Source: Deltaproteobacteria bacterium (GTDB lineage: Bacteria; Myxococcota_A; UBA9160; UBA4427). From it: a stretch of 64,000 nt of DNA. The position numbers were made by a program, and so were the translations under genes. The notes under the pieces are model-generated. The model ran no database searches. It saw only the letters and a list, made by a program, of their open reading frames with translations, and was not told the DNA's origin. This document shows, piece by piece, positions 8,993-18,628 of this stretch. Where the stretch lies: positions 1,051,035 to 1,115,034 of the forward strand of contig JADJOR010000002.1 of the NCBI GenBank assembly GCA_016713665.1, written 5' to 3'. Position 1 is the stretch's first letter. Each line of letters opens with the position of its first letter.

Positions 8993-9838
8993 ATGAGCCG
9001 CATGCGCGCGCGAACCCCCGAGCTCGAGATCGCCGCGCTCTTCGGGGCCGGGATCGATTGGCAGCGAGAATCCGGGATCGTCCACGTCGCCGCGATCGGT
9101 GCGCACCCACGCTGCGCCCTCGCGATCGGCCCGGCCGCCCCGGCGAGCCGGACGGATCGATTCGTGCTCGGCTTCGCGCGGGCCCGCGCCGACGCGATCG
9201 TGACGACGAGCGCGATCCTGCGCGCCGAGCCCGAGCTCGTCCAGCGCGCCTCCGACGATCCCGAGGAAGAGGCGGCGTGGCAGCGCTGGCGATCCGGGGT
9301 GCTCGGCCGACGCGACGCGCCCGAGTGTGTCGTCGTTTCGCAGAGCGGCCAGGTTCCCCTCGATCATCCCGCGCTGCGTGGGCCCGGGCGCGCGACCGTC
9401 GTGACGACGGTCGACGGGCGTGCTCGCCTCGCTTTCGCGGCGCGCTCCGTCGAGGTCGTCGTCGTCGGGGATCCGGTCGTCGAGGGCGTGCAGGGGGGCG
9501 GGGGGATGGCCGGTCCCGAGCATCTGCTGTCGCGCGCGATCGGCTGGCTGCAGCGCCGGCGCGGGGCCGGGACCGTCGTGCTCGAGGCGGGGCCGCGGTC
9601 GACGGTCGGGCTCTACGGGCAAGGCGCCGGGGATCCGGAGCTCGCCCGCATCGACGAGCTGCTGCTCTCGGTCTTCGACGGCGGGTCCTTCGAGGCGGTG
9701 GCCGGGCCGGCGCTGCCGGAGCCGGAGGCGTTGGCGTGTTATTTCGGGGGAGACCCGAAGCGCGCGCCGCGCAGCCGCTGCCGTCGAACGGAGGCGAGCG
9801 GACCCTGGGACTTCGAGCGCTACCGCCGCGACGGATGA
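8993..9838 (+). CDS. RibD-C-terminal-domain-like (pyrimidine reductase/DHFR-like) family protein
   Basis: RADAIVTTSAILRAEPEL and IDELLLSVFDGG resemble the RibD reductase-domain motifs. This is a weak, by-eye assignment. Confidence 0.4.
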   Translation: MSRMRARTPELEIAALFGAGIDWQRESGIVHVAAIGAHPRCALAIGPAAPASRTDRFVLGFARARADAIVTTSAILRAEPELVQRASDDPEEEAAWQRWRSGVLGRRDAPECVVVSQSGQVPLDHPALRGPGRATVVTTVDGRARLAFAARSVEVVVVGDPVVEGVQGGGGMAGPEHLLSRAIGWLQRRRGAGTVVLEAGPRSTVGLYGQGAGDPELARIDELLLSVFDGGSFEAVAGPALPEPEALACYFGGDPKRAPRSRCRRTEASGPWDFERYRRDG

Positions 9839-9857
9839 GGCGGCGCGCAGGGCCGAC

Positions 9858-10490
9858 TCAGCCGGTTCTTCGGAGCATCGGCCAGAGCGAGGGGCCGCCC
9901 GGGACGCGCAGCTCCTCGAGGACCTCGAAGCCGTGCTTGTTGTAGAACGGAATGTTCGCGGCCTTCGAGGACTCGAGATAGGCGGGCAGTCGCTCTCGAT
10001 CACAGCGGTCGAGGACGGGCTGCAGGATCGCCGAGGCGAGCCCGCTGCGCTGGGCCGACGGATCGGTCCCGAGGACGGCGAGATACCAGTGGGGCTCGCG
10101 CGGATGGTGGCGGCTCATCAGCTCGCCGAGGCGCGCCGCCCGGCCGAAGCCCGAGCGCGTGAGGCCGACCAGCGACGCGAGCAGGCGCAGCTGGCGGAGC
10201 GGGCCCAGGGACGCATGGGTCGGCGACTGCCAGATCGCCCCGGAGCGCAGCGCGGGCTCCGTCATGACCACCCCCGCGCTCGAGAAGGCCGCGATCGCGA
10301 TCGCGGCGAAGCGCGCATAGCGTTCGGCGCGGGTCGCCGGATCGGGGAAGAGGAATTCGGCGACCGGATCGTCGGCGAAGGCGCGGCCGAGGACGTCGCA
10401 GACGCTGCGATGCTCATCCGGGCGCGCCTCGCGGGCGGCGACCCGCCGGTGGCCGAAGTCGAGGTCGGGTTGTTGCTCGCCGAGGTTCAT
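9858..10490 (-). CDS. GNAT family N-acetyltransferase
   Basis: Start at MNLGEQQ (10490). Acetyl-CoA motif QRSGLASAIL, with C-terminal NIPFYNKHGFEV. Confidence 0.8.
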   Translation of the reverse strand: MNLGEQQPDLDFGHRRVAAREARPDEHRSVCDVLGRAFADDPVAEFLFPDPATRAERYARFAAIAIAAFSSAGVVMTEPALRSGAIWQSPTHASLGPLRQLRLLASLVGLTRSGFGRAARLGELMSRHHPREPHWYLAVLGTDPSAQRSGLASAILQPVLDRCDRERLPAYLESSKAANIPFYNKHGFEVLEELRVPGGPSLWPMLRRTG

Positions 10491-10636
10491 CCGAGGCTCT
10501 GCTGGGCGACCCCGGACCGCCGGGGTGCACCGGCAGTGTTCCAGAAAGCATGGGCGGCAGCCAAGGGGGGCGGTCCGGACCGTTTCCGGCTCGGTTAATC
10601 TGGCGCCATGCCTGGATCCACGGCGGGGAGAGCGGG

Positions 10637-12034
10637 ATGAGCGTGTTCGTGCTGCTCGTCGCCGGGGGCGCCTTCCTCGTCGTCCTGGGCCTGCCGCTCT
10701 GGCGTCTCTCGCCGCGGGGCGGCGGGAAGGAGTGGGCGTTCGCCTGGTCCGCGCTCTTCTCGAGCGGGCTCGCGCTGCGCTTCTCGGAGTCCAACCCGGC
10801 GCTGCTCTTCGTCTACCCCGTGCTGGGCACCCTGTTCGCGGGTCTGCTCTACGCCGGAGCACGCCGCTATTCGGCGCGCCCGCTTCCGCGGGAATTCTGG
10901 CTCGGAGCAGGCACCGTGGCGCTCGTTCGCGGCGGCCTCTCGCTCTTCGCACCGCAACCCGTCACGACCCTCGGCGCCGCCGCCATCGTCTCGCTCGCGG
11001 CGGCGCTCGCGGCCCGCGACATCCGCAGCACGCGCGATCGACGTCCGGGTGGCAGCTCCGAGCTGCTCCTCGTGATCGGTCTGGGGACCCTGATCGTCAC
11101 GTCGTGCGCCTACGAGTGGATGGTCCAGTCCGGCGGCGATCGCGAGCTCGGATTCTTCCTCTGGCTCGTCAGCGGATGCTTCGTCGCGGGAACCCAGATC
11201 GCGGCGATCTTCGACCAGTACCGCGCCGAGCTCGAGCTGCGCCTCGTCGAGCGCAGCGAGCAGCTGCGCGCCTCCCTCGTCCGGCTCGAAGAGCAGCAGC
11301 GCCTGGTCGCGGTCGGCACCCTCGCCGCCGGCATCGCCCACCAGATCAACAATCCGATCGGTGCAATCGCCGCAGCGGCGCAGTACGCGCTGATCGCGGG
11401 CGAGGACGACGATGCGGCCGCGATCCGGGAGGAAGCGCTCTCGACCGTCGTCGACGAGGCCCGGCGCTGTGGTCGCATCGTGCGCAGCGTGCTGCAGTTC
11501 GCGCGCGACGAGCCGACGCCGAAGTGGGTCGAGAGCCTGAACCCGGTGGTCGTTCGGGCGTGCGAGCAGACGCGCGACTACGTCGAGGAGCGAGGGGGTC
11601 GGCTCGAGCTCCGCCTCGCCGACGAGCCGCTGGCCGTCCGGATGAGTCCGATCGACCTCGAGCAGGTCGTCGTCAACCTGATCCGCAACGGGGCGGAGTC
11701 GCGCAAGGACGGCGCGAACGTCGAGGTCGCGACGGTCGGCGTCGACGACGAGGCGTGGCTGCTCGTCGTCGACGACGGAGACGGCATCGATCCGACGCTG
11801 CGCACCCGGGTCCTCGAGCCCTTCTTCACGACTCGCCTGGCCGAGGGCGGATCGGGTCTCGGGCTTTCGGTGGTCCACGGCATCGTCCAGAGCCACGGGG
11901 GCGCGCTCGAGCTCGACGGACTGCCGGCCGGAGGTACGCGGATCTGCGTCCGACTGCCGCTCGCGGTCGGAGACGCGGAGCCGACCGCGGGGAGCCGACG
12001 GGGCGTAACGGGCGGCATCGTCGAAGCACGATGA
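10637..12034 (+). CDS. Membrane-bound sensor histidine kinase (paralogue of 6753..8390)
   Basis: ATG 10637 follows a GGGGAGAGCGGG SD-like region. N-terminal multi-TM domain, H-box GIAHQINNPIGAI, and DDGDGI / GGSGLGLS ATP-binding boxes. Confidence 0.85.
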   Translation: MSVFVLLVAGGAFLVVLGLPLWRLSPRGGGKEWAFAWSALFSSGLALRFSESNPALLFVYPVLGTLFAGLLYAGARRYSARPLPREFWLGAGTVALVRGGLSLFAPQPVTTLGAAAIVSLAAALAARDIRSTRDRRPGGSSELLLVIGLGTLIVTSCAYEWMVQSGGDRELGFFLWLVSGCFVAGTQIAAIFDQYRAELELRLVERSEQLRASLVRLEEQQRLVAVGTLAAGIAHQINNPIGAIAAAAQYALIAGEDDDAAAIREEALSTVVDEARRCGRIVRSVLQFARDEPTPKWVESLNPVVVRACEQTRDYVEERGGRLELRLADEPLAVRMSPIDLEQVVVNLIRNGAESRKDGANVEVATVGVDDEAWLLVVDDGDGIDPTLRTRVLEPFFTTRLAEGGSGLGLSVVHGIVQSHGGALELDGLPAGGTRICVRLPLAVGDAEPTAGSRRGVTGGIVEAR

Positions 12035-12083
12035 GGGGCGATGCTCGGTGCGGCCGCTCCCGCGCGCCCCGGCTTCGGCCGCG

Positions 12084-13223
12084 TCAGCGCGTACGGTCGA
12101 GCCAGACCAGGCTCTCGACGTGGTCCGTGAAGGGGAAGAAGTCGAAGGCCTCGAGGCCGCGGGGGGCGAGGCGCCCCGAGGCCATCAGGACCTCGAGATC
12201 CCGGGCGAGACTCGTGCGGTCGCAGGCGAGATAGACGAGGCGCTCGGGCGGGGTCGCGGCGAGCACCTCGAGGAGCCCGCGGTCGAGGCCGCGGCGCGGC
12301 GGATCGACGATCACGACCTCGGCCCCGGCCGCGCGCTCGGCGTGCGCCTCGGCAGGGCCTTCCAGGATCCGAGCCCGCGCCTGCTCGGCCGCCGGTCGGA
12401 CTGCGAGCCCGAGCGCCAGGCCTTCGAGCCCGCCATGACCGCGCTCGTTGAGCTCGACGCTCGCCCCGCGCGCGAGCAGGCCGAGGCCGATCGCGCCGAC
12501 GCCGCAGTAGAGCTCGACGACCTGCGCCGCGGCCGGCACCAGGGTCTGGATCCGCTCGACGGCACGATCGAAGAGCGGAAGGTGGTTCTGGCCGAAGGCC
12601 GTCGGCGGAAAGAACACGTCGACTCCGCCGATCCGTTCGTGCAGCGCCGGCTCGCCGGCCAGCGCGATCGTCGTCTCGCCGAGCACGGCGTTGGTCCGAT
12701 CGGGCTGCGCATTGTAGAAGAGCCCCTGCAGGCGTGGACCCAAACGCGCGGCGAAGGCCGCCGGCAGCTCGCCCAGGCAATCGGGCGACGCGCCGCGGCC
12801 GACGAGCACGGCCTGGAGTCGCCCGGTCGGCCGCTCGACGGCGAGCTGCACATAACGAATCGCGCCGCGGTGGGTGTCGTCGGCATAGGGGGCGACGCCG
12901 GTCTCTCGGATCGCCTCGCGCAGGTCTTCGGCGGCGGCGTTGATCGCCGGGTGGTGGACCGCGCAGTGGGGTGTCGCGACGATGCGGTGGCTGCCGGCCT
13001 GGAAGAGGCCGATACGCGGATTCGTGGCGCGGCCGCGGACGGCGAGGCGGGCGCGGTGGCGGTGGCCCAGGGCGCTCGACAGGTTGAGCGGGGGCTCGGG
13101 GAGGGCGTGGGCGCGGGCGAATTGCTCGAGCCAGGCGCGGGCTGCGGGGGCCACGTCGTGCTCGCCGAAGCGGGGGCAGCCGGGGCAGGGCGGGCGGTGC
13201 GGACAGGGGCGGAGGGACGACAC
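12084..13223 (-). CDS. RNA (uracil-5-)-methyltransferase, TrmA/RumA family with N-terminal Cys cluster
   Basis: [13 protein letters not shown] Cys cluster, [15 protein letters not shown] motif, VIVDPPRRG, and [13 protein letters not shown] catalytic region. The start is uncertain: GTG 13223 is preferred, and the ORF is open to 13355. Confidence 0.75.
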   Translation of the reverse strand: MSSLRPCPHRPPCPGCPRFGEHDVAPAARAWLEQFARAHALPEPPLNLSSALGHRHRARLAVRGRATNPRIGLFQAGSHRIVATPHCAVHHPAINAAAEDLREAIRETGVAPYADDTHRGAIRYVQLAVERPTGRLQAVLVGRGASPDCLGELPAAFAARLGPRLQGLFYNAQPDRTNAVLGETTIALAGEPALHERIGGVDVFFPPTAFGQNHLPLFDRAVERIQTLVPAAAQVVELYCGVGAIGLGLLARGASVELNERGHGGLEGLALGLAVRPAAEQARARILEGPAEAHAERAAGAEVVIVDPPRRGLDRGLLEVLAATPPERLVYLACDRTSLARDLEVLMASGRLAPRGLEAFDFFPFTDHVESLVWLDRTR

Positions 13224-13559
13224 GCGGGGCGCCTCGCTGCGGTCGGGCTCGCTCGACCGCTCGTTCTGCGCGCAGGGTAACGCAGGGCGACGCTGCGGCG
13301 GCGCGTGGCGCTGCCGTCTTGGCCGCTCGCCCGGGTGACTCGACGGGACCTGCAACCGGGTCGCTCGCCGTGACTGCTAAGCTCGGCCGATGTCGAAGCC
13401 CCGCTCGCAGCCGCAAGCCCCGCCGCATTCGAAGCCGAACGTCCAGCGAGCGACCGGGCGCGGGCGAAGGGCGCGAGCGGCCGCGAGGCCTTCCGGCCGA
13501 CTTTTCTGCCGACCAAGCCCGAAGACATCGTCCGCCGCGGTTGGGACGCGCCGGACATC

Positions 13560-15458
13560 GTGTTCGTGACCGGCGACGCCTACGTCGATCATCCCTCCTT
13601 CGCGATGGCGATCCTCGGCCGCTGGCTCGAGAGCCACGGCTTCCGCGTCGCGATCCTGTCCCAGCCCGACTGGAAGAGCGCCGACGCCTGGCGGGCCCTC
13701 GGTCGGCCGCGGCTCTTCTACGCGGTCAGTGCCGGCAACATGGACTCGATGATCAACCACTACACGGCGAACAAGAAGCGCCGCAACGCCGACGCCTACT
13801 CGCCCGGTGGCGTCATCGACCGGCGTCCCGACCGGCCGACCGCCGTCTATGCCCAGCGCTGTCGCGAGGCGTTCAAAGGGGTTCCCGTCGTGATCGGCGG
13901 CGTCGAGGCCTCGCTCCGTCGGATCGCCCACTACGACTACTGGAGCGATCGCGTCTGGCCCTCGATCCTGCTGACCTCGAAGGCCGATCTGCTCGGCTAC
14001 GGCATGGGCGAGTCGACGATCCTCGAGATCGCGCGGCGCCTCGACGCGGGGCAGACGGTGGCCGAGCTGCGGGATCTGCGCGGGGTCGCCTATCTGCTCG
14101 GGAAGAACGAGGCGCTGCCGGCGGCCGACGAGACGATCGAGCTGCCCGACTACGAGCAGGTCGTCGGCGAGGCGCGGGCCTTCGCGGAGATGACGCGCAA
14201 GCTCCACCACGAGACGAATCCCCACAACGCGCGCCGCCTGATCCAGCGCTATGGCCCGGGCCATGGCGATCGCCTGCTCGTCGTGAACCCGCCCGCCTTC
14301 GCCCTCGACGAGGCGACTCTCGATCGCCTGCACGAGCTGCCCTACACGCGGCTCCCGCATCCCGACGACGCCGAGCCGCCGCCGGCCTGGGAGACGATCA
14401 AGCACTCGGTCCAGATCATGCGCGGCTGCTTCGGCGGCTGCACCTTCTGCTCGATCACGATGCACCAGGGCCGCGAGATCCAGAGCCGCAGCGCGAGTTC
14501 GATCCTCCACGAGGTCGAGGCGCTCGCCGCGGATCCCGACTTCAAGGGGACGATCTCCGATCTCGGTGGGCCGACCGCCAACATGTACCGGATGGCCTGC
14601 ACGAAGCCCGAGGTCGAGAAGACCTGCCGGCGCCTCTCGTGCGTCCATCCCAAGATCTGCAAGCTGCTCGGGACCGACCATCGGCCGACGATCGATCTGA
14701 TGCGCCGCGCCCGCGCCGTTCCCGGCGTCGCCCGGGTCCACATCGCGTCGGGCATCCGCATGGATCTCGCCGCCGACGAGCCCGAATACCTCGACGAGCT
14801 CGCCCGCCACCACGTCGGCGGGCATCTCAAGGTCGCCCCCGAGCACGTGAGCGACCGGGTCCTCGCGCTCATGAAGAAGCCCGAGCGCGGGAGCTTCGAG
14901 ATCTTCGCCGAGCGCTTCGCGGCCGCGTCGAAGCGCGCGGGCAAGGAGCAATACCTCGTCCCCTACTTCATCGCAAGCCACCCCGGCTCGGGGGTCGAGG
15001 ACATGATCGAGCTCGCCCTCTACCTCAAGCGCCACGGCTATCGCCCGCGCCAGGTCCAGGATTTCATCCCCGCGCCGATGGACATCGCGACCTGCATGTA
15101 CTGGACGGGCCTCGACCCGTTCACGCTGGAGCCCGTCGAGAGCGCGCGGCGCCTGACCGATCGCCAGGTGCAGCGCGCGCTGCTCCAGTTCTTCGCGCCG
15201 GAGAACTGGAAGACGGTGCGCGACGCGCTCGTCCGGGCGGGGCGAGAGGACTTGATCGGCGACGGGCCGGATTGCCTGATTCCGCCGCGGCAGCCGAGGC
15301 TGCCGCGGGACGGCGAGGGCGCGGTGCGGACGTCGGGGTCGCGGCCCGATGGGCGCGCGGGGGAGCGGCCGGGGGCTCGACCGGCGGCGGGCTATCGCCG
15401 GGCTTCGCGCGAGCGGGGGCGAGGGCGCGAGGACGCGGGCCGCGATCGACGCGACTGA
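13560..15458 (+). CDS. ygiQ: YgiQ-family radical SAM protein (UPF0313)
   Basis: [26 protein letters not shown], and radical-SAM [10 protein letters not shown]. The true start is probably upstream of 13560 (see finding). Confidence 0.85.
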   Translation: MFVTGDAYVDHPSFAMAILGRWLESHGFRVAILSQPDWKSADAWRALGRPRLFYAVSAGNMDSMINHYTANKKRRNADAYSPGGVIDRRPDRPTAVYAQRCREAFKGVPVVIGGVEASLRRIAHYDYWSDRVWPSILLTSKADLLGYGMGESTILEIARRLDAGQTVAELRDLRGVAYLLGKNEALPAADETIELPDYEQVVGEARAFAEMTRKLHHETNPHNARRLIQRYGPGHGDRLLVVNPPAFALDEATLDRLHELPYTRLPHPDDAEPPPAWETIKHSVQIMRGCFGGCTFCSITMHQGREIQSRSASSILHEVEALAADPDFKGTISDLGGPTANMYRMACTKPEVEKTCRRLSCVHPKICKLLGTDHRPTIDLMRRARAVPGVARVHIASGIRMDLAADEPEYLDELARHHVGGHLKVAPEHVSDRVLALMKKPERGSFEIFAERFAAASKRAGKEQYLVPYFIASHPGSGVEDMIELALYLKRHGYRPRQVQDFIPAPMDIATCMYWTGLDPFTLEPVESARRLTDRQVQRALLQFFAPENWKTVRDALVRAGREDLIGDGPDCLIPPRQPRLPRDGEGAVRTSGSRPDGRAGERPGARPAAGYRRASRERGRGREDAGRDRRD

Positions 15459-15662
15459 GCGGCCCAGCGGCGGAGCAGGCGACCCGCGCGCCCCGATCGC
15501 GGTCCCGGATGCCGCGTCCGAATCCGACCAGTCGAGGGCGCGCGCCGGGCTAGGCTCGGCGTCTCGCCCCCTGAGGAGCGCCCCCTGTCTTCCCCGAAGC
15601 AAGAGCCCTTCGAGCTCGATCCTGCCGTTCTGTACACCGCCCATTGCCGGCGCGACGCGCGC

Positions 15663-17195
15663 ATGGACGGCCGCTTCTTCACCGGCGTCACGACGACCGG
15701 CGTCTTCTGCCGCCCCATCTGCCCCGCGCCGGCGCCGAAGCCCGCGAACTGTCGTTATTTCCGGAGCGCGGCGGCGGCGCGGACGGCGGGCTTCCGGCCC
15801 TGCCTGCGCTGTCGCCCCGAGGCCGCGCCCGGAACGGCGGCCTGGCGCGGGAGCGAGGCGACGGTGTCGCGGGCGCTGCGGCTGATCGAGGGCGGCGCCC
15901 TCGACGGCGACGGTGACGTCGAGTCCCTCGCGGCGAAGCTCGGCGTCGGCGCGCGCCATCTGCGGCGGCTCTTCGAGCTCCATCTGGGCGCGACACCGCG
16001 GGATGTCGCGATCCTCCGTCGTGTGCTCTTCGCGAAGCAGCTGCTCGACGAGACGACGCTCCCGATCCTCGCCGTCGCCGAGAGCGCGGGCTTCGGCAGC
16101 GTTCGCCGCTTCAACGCGACGATGAAGGCCGTCTACGGCCGGCCACCGACGGCGCTGCGGGCGGCGCGACCGACACGACCGACACGACCGACACGACCGG
16201 CACGGCCGGTGCAACGAGCGCGGCGGGCGGTCGCCGCGAGCGCGGAGGCCGAGCGAGCGCCGTCGTCGCACGCCGCGACGCCGCTCGTGCTCTCGCTCGC
16301 CTATCGCCCGCCCTTCGCCTGGGACGTGCTGCTCGCGTTCCTCGCGCGCCGCGCGCTGCCCGGGGTCGAGGCGGTCGTCGACGGGACCTATCGGCGGACG
16401 CTGCGGACGGCGGCGGGGCCGGCGGGGATCGCCGTCGGTCACGATCCCGAGCGCGCGCGGCTGCAGGTCGAGGTCCGGATCGCGAGCCCGGCGGGTCTGC
16501 TCGAGCTGCGCGAGCGGCTGCGGCGGCTCTTCGATCTCGACGCCGATCCGCGGGCCATCGATCCCGTCGTCGCGCGGGTGTCGATGCTGCGGGCCGACGT
16601 GCGCAGGCGGCCGGGGCTGCGGGTGCCGGGCGCTGCTGATGGGTTCGAGACGGCGGTGCGCGCGATTCTCGGGCAGCAGATCTCGGTCGCCGGAGCGACG
16701 ACGCTCGCGGGACGCATCGCGCAGGAATTCGGAGAGAGGCTGCCGGCTCAGCTCGTTCCCGGGCCGGGGCTCGAGCGGCTCTTTCCGACGGCCGATCGCC
16801 TCGCGGAGGCCGAGCTCGAGCGCCTCGGCGTGATCGGTGCCCGGGCGGCGGCGATCCGCGGGCTCGCGCGGGCGGTGCTTCGCGATCCGTCCATGGTCGA
16901 GCCCGGCGCGGCGCTCGGAACGCAGCTCGAGCGGTGGCAGGCGCTGCCGGGGATCGGGCCCTGGACGGCGCAGCTCCTGGCGATGCGCGTGCTGCGGGAG
17001 CCCGACGCGCTGCCGGCCTCGGATCTCGGGCTGCGTCAGGCGATCACGCCGAAGGGCGACTCGCCGCGCCCGGCCGCCGAGGTCGAGCGCCTGCTCGAGC
17101 CCGGGCGCCCGTATCGCGCCTATGCGGCGATCCGGCTCTGGTCGCAGGGCGCCGAGCTCGAAGCCGAGCCCGACTCAGCCGCGGCCCCCGCCTGA
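15663..17195 (+). CDS. Bifunctional Ada-like regulator / AlkA DNA-3-methyladenine glycosylase II
   Basis: Contains four parts: the Ada Zn domain (TTGVFCRPICPA...FRPCLRCRP), an AraC-type HTH (LAVAESAGFGSVRRFNATMK), an AlkA N-terminal domain, and an HhH-GPD domain (LPGIGPWTAQLLAMRVL). The start is probably upstream (see finding). Confidence 0.85.
   Translation: MDGRFFTGVTTTGVFCRPICPAPAPKPANCRYFRSAAAARTAGFRPCLRCRPEAAPGTAAWRGSEATVSRALRLIEGGALDGDGDVESLAAKLGVGARHLRRLFELHLGATPRDVAILRRVLFAKQLLDETTLPILAVAESAGFGSVRRFNATMKAVYGRPPTALRAARPTRPTRPTRPARPVQRARRAVAASAEAERAPSSHAATPLVLSLAYRPPFAWDVLLAFLARRALPGVEAVVDGTYRRTLRTAAGPAGIAVGHDPERARLQVEVRIASPAGLLELRERLRRLFDLDADPRAIDPVVARVSMLRADVRRRPGLRVPGAADGFETAVRAILGQQISVAGATTLAGRIAQEFGERLPAQLVPGPGLERLFPTADRLAEAELERLGVIGARAAAIRGLARAVLRDPSMVEPGAALGTQLERWQALPGIGPWTAQLLAMRVLREPDALPASDLGLRQAITPKGDSPRPAAEVERLLEPGRPYRAYAAIRLWSQGAELEAEPDSAAAPA
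16167..16202 (+). repeat. 9-bp tandem repeat (cgaccgaca x3 plus 1 imperfect copy) encoding (RPT)3RPA in the Ada-AlkA interdomain linker
   Basis: Read directly from the sequence. It is in-frame and low-complexity. Confidence 0.8.
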
Positions 17196-17467
17196 CTCCG
17201 AGCTCCCGGCGGACCATCGAGACGTGGACGATGCCGAAGAGGAAGGTCTGCCAGAGCTCCTCGGCGAGCGGGCGCCCGCTCTTTCTCAGGACGCCCAGGA
17301 ACGCGACACATTCGACGAGATGAACGACCGCGAGGGCGCCGAAGAGCGTTCGCCCGAAGCCGCCGAGGGGACGCGTCGCGCAGGGGCGCGAAGAAGCACG
17401 CCGTCGCGATCAGCCAGGTCGCGCCGAGCAGGGCCTTCGAGAGGCCGAACAGAACGTTGGGTTGCAC
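17120..17467 (-). pseudogene. Small membrane protein gene with an apparent frameshift
   Basis: The N-terminus MQPNVLFGLSKALLGATWLIATACFFAPL is followed by Arg-rich nonsense. An alternate frame continues as PLGGFGRTLFGALAVVHLVECVAFLGVLRKSGRPLAEELWQTFLFGIVHV. The frame switch lies near the G4 runs at about 17365-17385. Confidence 0.4.
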
Positions 17468-17552
17468 CGAATGTCTCCCATGCGAGGATCGCCGCGCAGC
17501 ATAGCGAGCCCGGGTGCGCGGGAGACGAGGCGAGGACTTTCGTCGGTCGTGC

Positions 17553-18524
17553 TCACGCCCCGGCGCGCTGCCAGGCGAGGGCCATCGCCGCGACGCTCAT
17601 GAGGAACGCGGCGAGCTGGGCCGCCGTCTTCGGTCGCGGCCGCTGGGCCAGGGGATAGGCGAGGGCGATGCCTGCGAGCGCCCCGGTTCCGAGGCCGAAG
17701 AGATGGGCTGCGAGGGCGACCTTCGGCCCGGCGCCGCCGAGCATCGCGACCAGCGCGAGCCCCGCACCGAGGGCGACCCACGCCCCGCGCCCGCGCGCGC
17801 CGCGCTGATGGCGGCGCCAGGCGGCGAGGCCCGTGAGCACGCCGATCAGGCCGAAGACGCCGGTCGAGGCGCCGACGGTGCTGTGGGCAGCGCGGTGGTA
17901 GAGGGCGTCGGCGAGATTGCCGACGGTGCCGGTCGCGACGAAGCAGGCGATCGCGAGGCCGAGGCCGAGGCGGCCGGCGAGGGCGGCGAGGAAGACGGTG
18001 CCGAAGAGGGCGTTGCCGGCGGCGTGGGCGAGGTCGGCGTGGAGGGTCAGGGCCGTGAGGCAGCGATGGAGCTCGCCGGTCAGCACGAGCGCCGCCTGAT
18101 TTTGGCCCCGATCGATGAAGTCGAGGAGGCGACCCGAGCGTTCGAGGCCGATGTGGAAGGCGACGAGGAGCGAGGCGGTTGCGAGCGAGAGGGCGACCTC
18201 GTTCGGCGAGGGCAGCGTGAAGACGATCGCGGGCTCTTCGGCGGGCGGCGGCAGCGCGCGCTCGATGCGCCACGCGGCGAGGCTCGCGGCGGCGCGTTCG
18301 ACGTCGGCGGGCGGGACGGCGACTGTCCAATTCGCGTCGCGCGGGCTCGGGGCGCGCGACCCGGCCGAGGCCTGCGCTGCGTCGACGCTCCACACCGCCT
18401 CGCCGCGGACGACCGCGACCGCCACGCCCTCGGCCTGGAGCACGAGGGCCCACTCCTCCGCCTCGCGCTTGCGGGGCGTCTCGGGCAGGCGCGGATCGAC
18501 GACGAGGGGTTCGGAGGCTTCCAT
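17553..18524 (-). CDS. Rhomboid-family intramembrane serine protease
   Basis: GASTGVFGL (GxSG) catalytic Ser helix and a downstream AAHLFG His helix. It has 6 or more TM segments and an N-terminal cytoplasmic extension. Confidence 0.8.
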   Translation of the reverse strand: MEASEPLVVDPRLPETPRKREAEEWALVLQAEGVAVAVVRGEAVWSVDAAQASAGSRAPSPRDANWTVAVPPADVERAAASLAAWRIERALPPPAEEPAIVFTLPSPNEVALSLATASLLVAFHIGLERSGRLLDFIDRGQNQAALVLTGELHRCLTALTLHADLAHAAGNALFGTVFLAALAGRLGLGLAIACFVATGTVGNLADALYHRAAHSTVGASTGVFGLIGVLTGLAAWRRHQRGARGRGAWVALGAGLALVAMLGGAGPKVALAAHLFGLGTGALAGIALAYPLAQRPRPKTAAQLAAFLMSVAAMALAWQRAGA

Positions 18525-18628
18525 CGGCGCGGCGGATGGTAACGTTGGCGCCGCCCGCGACCGATGGGATGCCCCGAGCGTGCGTTCGAATCGGCCGGGC
18601 CGCCCCTGAAATGCTGGAAGGAACCCGA

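Noticed and set aside
8940-9065. Apparent 1-nt disagreement between my hand count of the printed sequence and the ORF-track frames around 8958-9061
   Set aside because: This is most likely my own counting or reading error. I kept the ORF-track frames and derived internal starts arithmetically from them.
13377-16442. Very long antisense or off-frame ORFs:
- 13377..16442 (-), 1021 aa
- 464..2644 (-)
- 26007..29165 (+), 1052 aa
- 30306..33245 (+)
- 30577..33231 (-)
- 56433..57977 (-)
- the 5' two-thirds of 53403..58160 (+)
   Set aside because: They are Arg/Ala/Pro/Gly-rich and motif-free, and they overlap ORFs with clear conserved motifs on the other strand or frame. This is the typical stop-codon-poor shadow-ORF artefact of approx 70% GC DNA.
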